Assembly (NCBI GenBank): GCA_041691135.1
Contig: JBEPVF010000004.1
Location: 74,511-138,510, forward strand
Direction: 5' to 3'
DNA length: 64,000 nucleotides
Origin: Candidatus Peribacteria bacterium
GTDB taxonomy: Bacteria > Patescibacteriota > Gracilibacteria > Peribacterales > Peribacteraceae
Shown: positions 47,640 through 57,504 of the stretch, one piece after another
Layout of the letters: each line of letters starts with the position of its first letter
Position numbering within the stretch: position 1 is the stretch's first letter
Translations under genes and position numbers: made by a program
The notes under the pieces: generated by a model
Seen by the model: the letters and a program-made list of their open reading frames with translations, nothing else
Databases searched by the model: none
What the model was told of the DNA's origin: nothing

Positions 47640-49112
47640 TCAGGATTTGATAAGAGCGTTTACATTTTGTAGCCGCTTCACCGTTTCTTCCTTCCCGACG
47701 CTGGCAGCTACTTCATAGGCTCCCGGACTGTAATCTCGACCTGTCACTGCCGCCCGCAACACCCACAGAAGCTGCCCGCGCTTGAAGCCTGAATCGGTCA
47801 GTGCCTGTTCCAATGCGTTCTTGATGCCATCGGCTGTCCAATTTGCATCGGCCATTCCTTCGAGAGTCTTCGTCAGTAAATCCAGAATCGTCGCCAGAAT
47901 ATCCGTCGTCACTTTCTGCTTAGCGCTCAGAATGACGTCCATGTTTACCGCCGGTTCTTGATAAAAATATGACAGCATGTCTGGCGCTTCGTGGAAGAAG
48001 ATGATGCGTTCCTGAATCAGCGCTACTCGTTCCAAAAATTTCGGATCGGTGAGGGCTGCAGAGTACTGCTCACCGACATCTTCGCGGATACGATCGGCAA
48101 AGTCTTGCAGTGGAAGTTTGCGCATCCACTGGCCCTGCAGCCAATCCAGTTTTTCCAGATCGAAAATAGCGCCGGCCTTCTGCGCACGGTCCAGCGAGAA
48201 TTGCTGGATCAATTCCTCCAGTGTGAAAATTTCCTGCGTCGTGCCGGGGTTCCAGCCGAGCAAAGCCAGGAAGTTTATCAGCGCTTCGGGCAAGTAACCT
48301 TTGTTGCGATATTCATCAACTGATACGGAATTTTGGCGTTTGCTCAGTTTGCTCTTGTCCTTGTTGAGCAACAGCGACACGTGCGCGTAGCGCGGAGGAG
48401 TCCAGCCGAAGTACTGAAACAGGAGCAGATGTTTGGGCAGGCTGCTCAGCCATTCTTCGCCACGCAATACCACATCGATCTCCATCAAGTGATCATCGAC
48501 CACGTGTGCAAGGTGATATGTCGGGAACCCGTCGCTCTTGAGCAGTACCTGGTCGTCAATCGTATCACCGCGGAATGTGACCAGTCCGCGGATATCGTCT
48601 TCGAACGAAATGACCTCGTCGCGCGGGATCTTTAAACGCAGCACGTGGGGTTCGCCTGCAGCAAGCTTCTTGTCGATTTCCTCTGTGCTCAGTTGCAGGC
48701 AATGCCGGTCGTACATCGGTGCTTGATGGGCGGCTTCCTGTTGCTTGCGCATCGCTTCGAGCCGGTCTTTGGTGCAAAAGCAGGGGTATGCGTAGCCACG
48801 TTCATGGAGAAGATCGGCATGCTTGCGGTAGATCTCCAGTCGCTCGGATTGAATGTACGGACCTTTCGCACCTGCTTGCGCCACTTGTCCATCCTGCAGG
48901 ACCACACCTTCGGTCGGCGCCAATCCGGCCCACTGCAAACTGTGGATAATCTGTTCAATCGCGCCCGGTACATTGCGTTCCTGATCCGTGTCTTCGATGC
49001 GCAGCAGAAATTGCCCGCCATTTTGTTTCGCCAGCGCACATGCATAGAGTGCCGTACGAAGACCGCCGACATGCAGAAAACCGGTGGGGGACGGGGCGAA
49101 GCGGGTTCTCAT
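47640..49112 (-). CDS. gltX: Glutamyl-tRNA synthetase
   Basis: RTRFAPSPTGFLHVGG, LRIEDTD, CFC..YDRHC zinc site, KLSKR. Confidence 0.97.
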   Translation of the reverse strand: MRTRFAPSPTGFLHVGGLRTALYACALAKQNGGQFLLRIEDTDQERNVPGAIEQIIHSLQWAGLAPTEGVVLQDGQVAQAGAKGPYIQSERLEIYRKHADLLHERGYAYPCFCTKDRLEAMRKQQEAAHQAPMYDRHCLQLSTEEIDKKLAAGEPHVLRLKIPRDEVISFEDDIRGLVTFRGDTIDDQVLLKSDGFPTYHLAHVVDDHLMEIDVVLRGEEWLSSLPKHLLLFQYFGWTPPRYAHVSLLLNKDKSKLSKRQNSVSVDEYRNKGYLPEALINFLALLGWNPGTTQEIFTLEELIQQFSLDRAQKAGAIFDLEKLDWLQGQWMRKLPLQDFADRIREDVGEQYSAALTDPKFLERVALIQERIIFFHEAPDMLSYFYQEPAVNMDVILSAKQKVTTDILATILDLLTKTLEGMADANWTADGIKNALEQALTDSGFKRGQLLWVLRAAVTGRDYSPGAYEVAASVGKEETVKRLQNVNALIKS

Positions 49113-49148
49113 AAAAATAGTGTAGACGATACAGAACAAATAGCAGAA

Positions 49149-49186
49149 CGAATTACGACCTGCGTTTGTCGTGCAGGTCGTAATTC
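49149..49186. repeat. 14-bp inverted repeat (terminator-like)
   Basis: GAATTACGACCTGC...GCAGGTCGTAATTC. Confidence 0.65.
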
Positions 49187-49206
49187 TTAATTTCTAAGTT
49201 GTTTCC

Positions 49207-49986
49207 TTAATTCTTCACCTCTGCTGTAAACGTTATCGGCTCCAACGGCTTGTCCTGCTGATCGCGTTCCACACCGGCAATGGCATCCACTGCCTCCATA
49301 CCGCTCGTCACGGTGCCAAACACAGTGTACTTGCCTTCGAGCCACGTAAGATTATCGCCCTGTACAATAAAGAACTGACTGCCGTTCGTATTCGGTCCGC
49401 GGTTAGCCATGGCTACCGAACCGCGTTTAAGTGGCAGAGACTGCAATTTGTCGTTGTACGTGTAGCCCTGTTTTTCGTAGTACTGCTGCAGGGTCAGATT
49501 TTTGAGTTCATCCGGGATAGGCTGATCCTTGGCCAGATCGCTCAGGCTCTTCTTGTCGAGACCGTAGCTCTGGGCGTTGATTTCGTCCTCGAACGTCGCA
49601 CCGAATACGCTCACGCCGCCCTTGCCGTTGCCATCGGGGTCGCCACCCTGGATCATGAAGCTTGGAATGACGCGATGAAAGGTAAGACCGTTGTAGTAAC
49701 CCGACTTGGCGAGCGCAGCGAAGTTTGTAGCGGCTTTGGGCGCTGCATCGGCGTTGAGCTCTATGGTCACATCTCCTTTGGATGTCTTGAGGACAACCGT
49801 GTGCTTGCCCGTCAGAAGAACACCATCGAAGGTGATGGGACGCGCAACGCTACTGGCGGTAGCGTCAGTACTGCTGGCCGATGTGTCGGATGATGCGGGA
49901 GTAGCGGGGGTTTCGGTCTTTCCGCAACCGACCAAAAGGAAGGCCAGGGCAAAAAGAGGGATGATGAATTTTGGCAAGTTGTGCAT
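49207..49986 (-). CDS. Lipoprotein cyclophilin-type peptidyl-prolyl isomerase
   Basis: Lipobox LVGC; FHRVI..FMIQGGDP, AMANRGPNTNGSQFFI; ~40-aa insertion; start MHNLPK. Confidence 0.92.
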   Translation of the reverse strand: MHNLPKFIIPLFALAFLLVGCGKTETPATPASSDTSASSTDATASSVARPITFDGVLLTGKHTVVLKTSKGDVTIELNADAAPKAATNFAALAKSGYYNGLTFHRVIPSFMIQGGDPDGNGKGGVSVFGATFEDEINAQSYGLDKKSLSDLAKDQPIPDELKNLTLQQYYEKQGYTYNDKLQSLPLKRGSVAMANRGPNTNGSQFFIVQGDNLTWLEGKYTVFGTVTSGMEAVDAIAGVERDQQDKPLEPITFTAEVKN

Positions 49987-50190
49987 AGGGCAGCAGACTA
50001 TCGGCAACAGGGTTCGATCGCAAGCGATACGACAACAGTTTTGCAGGCGTGCAATGGCGGTAGAAAGCACGAAGAGCCAAGACGCCAAAAACCAGGGAAA
50101 TCCAAAATTCAAAATTAGAACAAGCCACCGATTTTTCGGATTTCGAATGTCGTGCTTCGTTCTTAGTTTGGCTCTTCGATACTCCCTCTA

Positions 50191-50736
50191 CTATTTCATC
50201 ACCTCCACTGTGAACTTCACTGTCTTCAAGGGCCGGTCGTTCAGCATGGAGCGTTCCGTTTGCGCGATGGCGTGGACCACGTCCTGCCCCTCCGTCACCC
50301 GGCCGAAGATGGTGTAGTGCGGCGGCAGCGGGTAATCGCTTTCCATAATAAAGAACTGACTGCCGTTCGTATTCGGTCCGTGGTTGGCCATGGCGACTGA
50401 TCCGGCTTTGTAACCATCCTGGTACAGCGGAGATCGCGGGTCGATTTCATCTTTGAAGGTCGGGCCGAACACACTCTTGCCGCCCGTTCCATCGCCGTTG
50501 GGATCCCCGCCTTGGATCATGAAACCGGGAATCACGCGATGAAAGGTAAGACCGTCGTAGTATCCCTGCGTAGCGAGCGTCACAAAATTCGTCACGGTTT
50601 TGGGCGCCACCGTCGCATCGAGCGACAGGACAATGTCTCCCAAATCCGAGTGGAGCGTCACGCGATGGATTCCCGAAAGAAGAGGCACATCGACCCGCTC
50701 ATGCGTTTGGACGCGGGGAGGAGTGTGTGACGACAT
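50191..50736 (-). CDS. Cytoplasmic cyclophilin-type peptidyl-prolyl isomerase
   Basis: APKTV.NF, FHRVIPGFMIQGGDP, AMANHGPNTNGSQFFI. Confidence 0.94.
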   Translation of the reverse strand: MSSHTPPRVQTHERVDVPLLSGIHRVTLHSDLGDIVLSLDATVAPKTVTNFVTLATQGYYDGLTFHRVIPGFMIQGGDPNGDGTGGKSVFGPTFKDEIDPRSPLYQDGYKAGSVAMANHGPNTNGSQFFIMESDYPLPPHYTIFGRVTEGQDVVHAIAQTERSMLNDRPLKTVKFTVEVMK

Positions 50737-50808
50737 GCGCAAGGGAGAAGATATGATATGAAGACTTGTGTGAGTCTTTGACGGAGCGGAAGTGTAGGCC
50801 TATTTACA

Positions 50809-51888
50809 CTAACTGCCAATGCAATCGAGAAGTATCTTGGCAATATGCTCGGCGGCATCGGGGACGGCGAAGTGTTGCATCGCTTCCTGCATCGATGCAC
50901 GCGAACGTTCATCAAACAGCAGTTCGCGAACTGTCGAAACAATTTCCCGCGGCAGAATATCCTGTTCGATCATCCGGAATCCGCCCATCGTCGACGCAAC
51001 TGTCGCATTGGCCAGCTGATGATCCTGCGCCACGCCCCGCAGCGGAACAAGGAGTGTCGGAATACGCAGCACGCTCAGTTCGGCGATACTGCTGGCGCCG
51101 GCACGGCTGATGCATGCATCGGCAATGGCGTACATATGGGCCAAGTCAGCATGAGCAAATGCTCTGATGAAGTAGCCGGGACGCTCCTCTTTATTTTCTT
51201 TGCCTCTGCCGGTCAGATGTATCACATCGCACAGCCCAAGCAGATCATCCAGACGTGCGCGCACGATATCATTGAGGGCCTGTGCGCCCTGGCTGCCACC
51301 CATCACGAGTACAATCGGTCGTGTTCCCGAAAATCCGCACAGGCGGAGGCCTCTCTCTCGTGATCCCTGCAAGACTTCCGGACGCACGGGGTTGCCGGTA
51401 AAAATACGCCGGTGTTCGACGGAAGAGGATTGGCTGCCGGTTGCGGACCGCTTATCATTCGTCGGAAAACCGAGACAAATCACCTTCGCCCAGCGCGATG
51501 CCCAACGGTTCGCTTTACCGCTGACCGCGTCGGATTCGTGAAGAACGATGGGGATGCGCAAATGATGCGCCGCCAATGCCACGGCTGCGCTCACCGATCC
51601 GCCTTTACTGAAGACGACCGCTGGCCGAAAGCGCTGCAGGATGGCGCGTGATTGACGGTACCCCTGCCACAGTCGAAATGGTGCGGAGACGGAACGACGA
51701 ATCAAGGGAAGCTGATCGAACGGTACATCTTCTTTGCGCAAAAAAGCGGCGTCATCCTCGCGCTCCGAACAAATGAAGTGCGCCACCGCGTCCGGCGATA
51801 TCGTTTGTATCGCACGCCACACGGCGACCGATGGCGTCAGATGCCCTCCCGATCCTCCGCCCGCAAACAGGATGCGCGGCGCCTGCAT
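50809..51888 (-). CDS. murG: Lipid II GlcNAc transferase
   Basis: GGGSGGH, HES, TGNPVR, GGSQGA, SRAGA, DHQLAN; next to ftsW; start moved to MQAPRI. Confidence 0.93.
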   Translation of the reverse strand: MQAPRILFAGGGSGGHLTPSVAVWRAIQTISPDAVAHFICSEREDDAAFLRKEDVPFDQLPLIRRSVSAPFRLWQGYRQSRAILQRFRPAVVFSKGGSVSAAVALAAHHLRIPIVLHESDAVSGKANRWASRWAKVICLGFPTNDKRSATGSQSSSVEHRRIFTGNPVRPEVLQGSRERGLRLCGFSGTRPIVLVMGGSQGAQALNDIVRARLDDLLGLCDVIHLTGRGKENKEERPGYFIRAFAHADLAHMYAIADACISRAGASSIAELSVLRIPTLLVPLRGVAQDHQLANATVASTMGGFRMIEQDILPREIVSTVRELLFDERSRASMQEAMQHFAVPDAAEHIAKILLDCIGS

Positions 51889-52038
51889 CGTTACTTTGCG
51901 CTCACGCGCAGCATTCATCGCACGGCGAATGATGTGGCGGGATTGCATCAGATATCTCAGCCTAGCAGGCGTGCGGAGAAGCGTCACGAAAATAATCCTC
52001 TGCATCCTTGATCTTTGTTTGTAGAGACAGTGCAATTT

Positions 52039-53235
52039 TTATCCAAAAATAGACGCGAGTCCGCCTGGTCCCTGCTGCTTCCTGGTCCGTCGGGCCAGGC
52101 TCGCTTCTTCTGTTGAGTGCATGGAGATGTTCAGCAAAATGCCGACGCCTGCCAAAAGAGACGACAGCGATGTGCCGCCGTAGCTGATGAATGGCAGAGT
52201 GAGACCGGTGATCGGGAACAGGCCGATGTTTACCGAAATGTTGATCAGCGTCTGTACGGCGATCCATGTTGTGATGCCGCTGGCGACCATGAAGCCGAAG
52301 CGGTCAGGCGCGTTCTGGGCGATGCGATAACCGCGAATGACGAGCATCGTGTACATCGAGAGAACGATGAGCAGACGGAAGAAGCCGAGCTCCTCGGACA
52401 TGGCCGAGAAAATCATGTCGGCCTGCACCTCCGGCAGATAGCCGAATTTCTGGATCGATTTGCCGTAGCCGACGCCGAAGAATCCGCCGCTGCCGATGGC
52501 GATCAGTGCTTGTTTGATCTGGAATCCTATCGTTTCGGCGATGGTCGGATCGTTGGGTGACAGGAACGCAATAAACCGGGCACGGATGTACTGCTTATGT
52601 AGAATGATCGGCAAACCCAAAAAGGCGGCCAGTCCTCCGCCGAGCAACAGGTGGAAAATATTGCCGCCGGCGATGAAGAACATCATGCAGCCGATCGACG
52701 AGAGCACAAGGAATGAACCGAGGTCGGGCTCGACGGCGATGATGAACGTGGAGACGAGGAGCACCGTCACGAATGGCAGAAATCCTTCTTTAAACGTGCC
52801 GATCAGCTGTTCGCGTTTCTGCAGCCACACAGCCAGATAAAAGATGAAGGTCAGTTTGAAGTACTCCGAGGGTTGCAGCGAGAACGGGCCGAGCCGGATC
52901 CAGCTGTGCGATGTGCCCCACGCGCCGCCGATGCCTGGGACGAACACGAGGGTTAGGAGCAGCAGAGTTAAAAAGAACAATGGCCGCGCATACTGTTCCC
53001 ACACGCGGTACGGAATTATGGCCGTGGTGAACATGATGCTGAAGCCCAGACATACATGGAAGAAGCTGCGCCACAGATAGAAGGAGTTGTACGGATGGCC
53101 GGTGGTTCGCATCGTCAGCTGATAGCTTTCGAACACGCTCACGCTGGCGATCATTGCCAACCCGAATAATGTCAGCACCACCGCAATCCCGAGCAAAAGC
53201 AAATCCATCCGGCGGAAATTGGCGAAGCGGATCAT
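52039..53235 (-). CDS. ftsW: SEDS-family peptidoglycan polymerase FtsW
   Basis: WI.LG..SLQPSE..K, EPDLG, YLPE.Q.DMIF..EELG, P.TG..LPFISYGG; start MIRFAN. Confidence 0.92.
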   Translation of the reverse strand: MIRFANFRRMDLLLLGIAVVLTLFGLAMIASVSVFESYQLTMRTTGHPYNSFYLWRSFFHVCLGFSIMFTTAIIPYRVWEQYARPLFFLTLLLLTLVFVPGIGGAWGTSHSWIRLGPFSLQPSEYFKLTFIFYLAVWLQKREQLIGTFKEGFLPFVTVLLVSTFIIAVEPDLGSFLVLSSIGCMMFFIAGGNIFHLLLGGGLAAFLGLPIILHKQYIRARFIAFLSPNDPTIAETIGFQIKQALIAIGSGGFFGVGYGKSIQKFGYLPEVQADMIFSAMSEELGFFRLLIVLSMYTMLVIRGYRIAQNAPDRFGFMVASGITTWIAVQTLINISVNIGLFPITGLTLPFISYGGTSLSSLLAGVGILLNISMHSTEEASLARRTRKQQGPGGLASIFG

Positions 53236-53364
53236 GGATGCGAAGAATAGCGGAAGTTGGAAAGCGGAGTAAGGGTAGAAGTTCAGAATGAGGGTTTTTC
53301 TTCGCAGGTTGTCATCCTCTTTATCTTGATTTCTAATTCCTCTTTCTTCATTCATACTCTCGCT

Positions 53365-53817
53365 ATGTCTCTGTTTTTCATTGTGCTGTCGCTGAGCTTC
53401 GGCATCAGCCTTGCTCTTGATCTCCTCGTGAACTCCACGCTCGTCGCGCGTTTTGCTGTGATCGGTTCGTTCGTGGGATTGCAAAAGACGCTCAATCCCG
53501 GTATCGCCTTCGGCATCCGCCTCCCTCCCTTGGTTCAAGAGGTATTTGTGCTGATCGCCCTCCTCGCCATCGGTGTCACGGCTGTTCGCACGGCCAAGAC
53601 AGCCTGGCAACGCATCGGATTTGGTTTGATCGTCGGCGGCGCGCTCGCCAATCTGACCGACCGAGCGATGGATGGTTACGTGACCGACTTCATCCAGGTA
53701 GGTTCGTTCTACATCTTTAATGTGGCTGATAGCTGTATTACCGTCGGAGTGGCAGCACTTCTTTTGGAGAGTGTGATTCTTCAGTACAGAAAAAACGATG
53801 GAAATCTTCCAGAATAA
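53365..53817 (+). CDS. lspA: Lipoprotein signal peptidase II
   Basis: NPGIAFG, GGALANL.DR...GYV.DFI, FNVAD. Confidence 0.93.
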   Translation: MSLFFIVLSLSFGISLALDLLVNSTLVARFAVIGSFVGLQKTLNPGIAFGIRLPPLVQEVFVLIALLAIGVTAVRTAKTAWQRIGFGLIVGGALANLTDRAMDGYVTDFIQVGSFYIFNVADSCITVGVAALLLESVILQYRKNDGNLPE

Positions 53818-53927
53818 GAAGAAGTTCTACTGCGCCAATTGGTGTTTGGTAGTTGGTTTTGGTCTTTTTCTCCGAAACCGCTTCCCTCTACTGTTCTCCC
53901 TCCCCCGTTCCGCTACACTCCTCCCGT

Positions 53928-55211
53928 ATGGATGTCAGTTACCGCGTACACGGAGGAGTGGCTTTAAAGGGTGATGTCACGATCAGCGGTTCCAAAAATG
54001 CGGCCCTTCCGCTGATTGCAGCGAGCCTGCTCGCCAAAGGCGAGACGGTACTGCACAACGTACCGCGTCTGAGCGACACGGTGGCGATGCTGAAGATCCT
54101 CGATTTTTTGGGCGCGCAGACTTCGTTCGAAGAAAATACAGTCCGCATCAACGCCGAATCCGTTCGCAGTCAGCCGATTCCGGCCGAATATGTGTCGAAG
54201 CTCCGCGGTTCCATTGTGCTCCTTGGTCCATTGCTTGCGCGCTTCGGCGTAGTTGAAATGTCGTATCCGGGCGGTTGTGTTCTGGGTAAGCGGCCGGTTG
54301 GGGCACACATCGAGGCGTTCGAACAACTGGGCGCCGAAAACATGAGCACCGATGACCTGTTGCATCTGCAAGGCACGCTCAAAGCCGGCACGGTCGTGCT
54401 ACCGGAATTTTCCGTCACTGCCACCGAGAACGTGCTGATGGCCGCGGCATTGCTCCCCGGCGAAACGCAGGTGGATCTGGCGGCTGGCGAGCCACATGTG
54501 CAGGACGTGCAGCATTTTCTGGAGAAGATCGGCGCGAAAGTAGAAGGTATCGGCAATCACACCGTCACCGTCCGCGGAAATACTCAGTTGCAAGGCACGG
54601 AACACCGGGTCACACCGGATTATCTGGAAGCGGGCGCGCTCCTGATGGCTGCACTCATCACACATGGCAAAGTGCGTCTGCATGATTTTGATCGCGATCA
54701 ACTGCTGACAGTTCTCTATATGCTCGAAAAAGCCGGCGCTGTCTTCAAATACGATGTCAAAGAAAAGACGCTGCTCGTCGATGGCGAACTGTCGACGCTC
54801 GAAGCGATGAGTATCCGCACGAATATTTTCCCGGGCTTCCCCACCGATCTGCAGGCTCCGACCGGTGTGCTCATGACACAAGCACGCGGTGTCAGCCGCC
54901 TATTCGAACGGCTGTTCGAAGGACGCTTGGCCTATCTGTATGAACTCGAAAAGATGGGCGCGCATATCGAAGTTCTCAACTCCCATCAGGCGCTCATTAT
55001 CGGTCCGACATCGCTCAAGGGCCGCATCGTGGCCAGCAACGATATCCGTGCCGGTGCCGCCATGGTCCTTGCAGCACTGTGTGCCGAAGGCGAAACGACG
55101 ATTACCGATGTCCGCTATATCGAGCGCGGTTACGATAAATTGGACGAAAAACTCCAGAGTTTAGGCGCAAAGATCGAGAAAGTAGAGGTGGCAGGCCCCA
55201 TTCGTGCCTGA
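53928..55211 (+). CDS. murA: UDP-N-acetylglucosamine 1-carboxyvinyltransferase
   Basis: SGSKNAALP, PGGC.LG.RP, SV.ATEN, PGFPTDLQ, DIRAG, RGY. Confidence 0.97.
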   Translation: MDVSYRVHGGVALKGDVTISGSKNAALPLIAASLLAKGETVLHNVPRLSDTVAMLKILDFLGAQTSFEENTVRINAESVRSQPIPAEYVSKLRGSIVLLGPLLARFGVVEMSYPGGCVLGKRPVGAHIEAFEQLGAENMSTDDLLHLQGTLKAGTVVLPEFSVTATENVLMAAALLPGETQVDLAAGEPHVQDVQHFLEKIGAKVEGIGNHTVTVRGNTQLQGTEHRVTPDYLEAGALLMAALITHGKVRLHDFDRDQLLTVLYMLEKAGAVFKYDVKEKTLLVDGELSTLEAMSIRTNIFPGFPTDLQAPTGVLMTQARGVSRLFERLFEGRLAYLYELEKMGAHIEVLNSHQALIIGPTSLKGRIVASNDIRAGAAMVLAALCAEGETTITDVRYIERGYDKLDEKLQSLGAKIEKVEVAGPIRA

Positions 55212-55287
55212 TTTGCCCCTTTGCCTGTTTACTACCTGCTTGGATCACACTTTTCACCTGTAGCATTCTGTCCTATAGTCTCCTCCC

Positions 55288-55821
55288 ATGATCACCTTTA
55301 CCGCTCTCGACTCCGGCATTCGCGTTTCCACCGGCGATGCAACCATGCTGGTCTACCCGGCACCCGAGACAAAGGCCGATGGAACGATCAATTTGCTGAC
55401 TGTCCCGCAGGAAGAGCCTGAGAAAGGCAAACTCTCGTGGCCGGGTGAATACAATATTCAGGGCATCACGCTCAGAGGTATTGCACACTTGGAAGGGCAG
55501 CAGGTCTCGTTCGTCACACGGCTCGATGGCGTGCGCGTTGCTTTCCTCTCGTCGCCATTGCAGGAGTGGACGGATACCCAGATCGAAGCGGTGGGCGAAG
55601 TCGATGTATTGGTCATGCCGATGCAGAATCTGAAACTGCTCCAAAAGCTGGTCGATGAGTTCGATCCGCGCATTCTCATGCTTGTCCCGACCGACGACAG
55701 CGATGCCTACGCAACGGTGTTTAAGTCCATTGGCGTGAAAGATGAATCGGTCACCAAAGAGTACAAATTGAAGGGAAACTTGCCGCAGGAGGGACGCGAG
55801 GTGGTAGTACTTGCGAAGTAA
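55288..55821 (+). CDS. Degenerate MBL-fold (beta-lactamase B3-like) protein
   Basis: WPGEY.I.G, VD.L..P, EFDPRI..VP pattern; no HxHxDH motif. Confidence 0.55.
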   Translation: MITFTALDSGIRVSTGDATMLVYPAPETKADGTINLLTVPQEEPEKGKLSWPGEYNIQGITLRGIAHLEGQQVSFVTRLDGVRVAFLSSPLQEWTDTQIEAVGEVDVLVMPMQNLKLLQKLVDEFDPRILMLVPTDDSDAYATVFKSIGVKDESVTKEYKLKGNLPQEGREVVVLAK

Positions 55822-55901
55822 TGTGCAGCTTGTAGGCTGGCTGCAGGTTCTGGTTTTTTGAATGTAAGCCGAAAATTATGAAGCAGAACCGACACACTTC
55901 T

Positions 55902-55976
55902 GGTCCCGTAGTTCAATGGATAGAACGACCCTCTCCTAAGGGGTAGATGCAGGTCCGATTCCCGCCGGGACTACCA
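55902..55976 (+). tRNA. tRNA-Arg (anticodon CCT)
   Basis: Acceptor stem GGTCCCG/CGGGACT, D loop AGTTCAATGGATAGAAC, anticodon loop CTCCTAA, encoded CCA; T loop reads TCCGATT. Confidence 0.92.
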
Positions 55977-56225
55977 CGTAAAGCGCCTGCGGCGCCACGT
56001 GGCACAGCCACAACAACCGATACATTCTCTGCTTCACCGCTTTACGTGCCACGTGAGCGTGTAGCGCTTTTACGTGGCAACAATGACCGCAGGACATTGA
56101 CTATAGTGCAGCGGCTAGCCACTTTACGTGGCTGCGCACGATCACGTGACCCGCCATCCCCTTTGTCGAAGCGCCTATCCAATCAACCTTTGAACTTTTG
56201 AACTTCAGTAGATACTCTCAAAGTT

Positions 56226-56858
56226 ATGACTGTTTATTTAATCGGTGGACCACCTAAGTGTGGGAAAACATCGTTGGCAAAAACATTAAGCAGGAAGTTG
56301 CTGATTCCCTGGATTTCATCGGACACATTGGAAAATATTGTGCGGGTTTACACTCCGAAGGAAAAACATCCTGCCCTTTTCACTCATAGCTATCTGCGAG
56401 GGAATAGTAATGAAGAACTCTATTCCCAATACACTGCTGAAGAAGTTGTTCAGGGATATATCGAACAATCAAAAGCGACCTACGATGCAATAAGCATGAT
56501 GGCGGAAACATACTTAAAGGATGAAGATAATTTCATTATTGAAGGTTATCAAGTCACTCCAGAAATTGTCAGTCACATTCTAAAGAAATTCGGTAATGAA
56601 CATATCAGGACAGCATTTCTTCTGAAGCGAGACGAAGGGAAAATGCCGCAAGACTTTCATAAGTCTACGACGCCTAATGATTGGATTCTGAGAAAAACGA
56701 AGGAAGAAGCTACCTTTGCCAAAATTGCGAAGATGATAGCAGTCTACGCAGCTCATACTGAAAAGGAGGCGAGCAAATATAACCTGCCTGTGTTTGCAAT
56801 GGATGCTGACTTCGATGTCTCGCTTGAGAAGGCGGTAAAGCACTTAACGAGTCATTGA
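56226..56858 (+). CDS. P-loop kinase/AAA-family protein (2-phosphoglycerate kinase-like)
   Basis: LIGGPPKCGKT Walker A, IS.D, IIEG; AT-richer DNA. Confidence 0.7.
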   Translation: MTVYLIGGPPKCGKTSLAKTLSRKLLIPWISSDTLENIVRVYTPKEKHPALFTHSYLRGNSNEELYSQYTAEEVVQGYIEQSKATYDAISMMAETYLKDEDNFIIEGYQVTPEIVSHILKKFGNEHIRTAFLLKRDEGKMPQDFHKSTTPNDWILRKTKEEATFAKIAKMIAVYAAHTEKEASKYNLPVFAMDADFDVSLEKAVKHLTSH

Positions 56859-56976
56859 TTTTTGGGCTTGGTATAAAAAAGCTCTGATTCTTCTCAATCC
56901 GAAGTTAAAGCCAAGTTTTAGTATTAAGGGCCACCTATCATTCCGCAAGTCAGTGAAATGATGTATAATATAATGA

Positions 56977-57474
56977 ATGACAGAAATACCAATAAAGCAT
57001 GAAGGTGGATTACGCAAAGAAGGCATGTCTTTTCCCAATGAACTTCAAGTTGGGACGAAGACAGAGTTAGACCAATTACTGAAGGCGCCGCGTTGGAGGA
57101 AACCTATTGGAAATGAAATTGAAGAGGAAAAAGCCGAACTTCAAAGGACGGCGGAAGAATTAGAATTGGATTATATTGGTCTAGAACAAGCATTTGATAG
57201 CGCTCAATTAGAATCCCTGTCCGATGTGGATTGGTCTGTGATGACGAATGCGGATTCCCAAGGAGAATGGAGCAAGGATGATGTCATCGCTCACATCGGT
57301 TCTAATCGTGATCACGCGAAAATTTTCAGCGGTCTGGAAAACGGCGAAGAGCTCCCTGCACCCATTGTTCTCTTTTGCAATGATCATCCGCCTTACCTCA
57401 TTGGTGGTAATACCCGACTGATGGCATGCTAGGCTCTAGGAATTCGACCGCAGATTCTCGCTGTCCGAATTTAG
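56977..57474 (+). pseudogene. ParB/Srx-like domain protein interrupted by an in-frame TAG near the 3' end
   Basis: ..PAPIVL..YLIGGNTRLMAC*ALGIRPQILAVRI*; TAG at 57430-57432 splits the G-N-T-R-L-x-A-x-x-x-L-G motif. Confidence 0.55.
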
Positions 57475-57504
57475 TAGCAGAGAAAGAAGTGTAAATCGAC
57501 TTTC

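Noticed and set aside
48941-48950. Isolated DnaA box TGTGGATAA in gltX
   Set aside because: A single coding-region copy is expected by chance
55948-55964. tRNA-Arg as a pseudogene because of the TCCGATT T loop and one T-stem mismatch
   Set aside because: All other arms and the CCA are intact; more likely a tolerated variant
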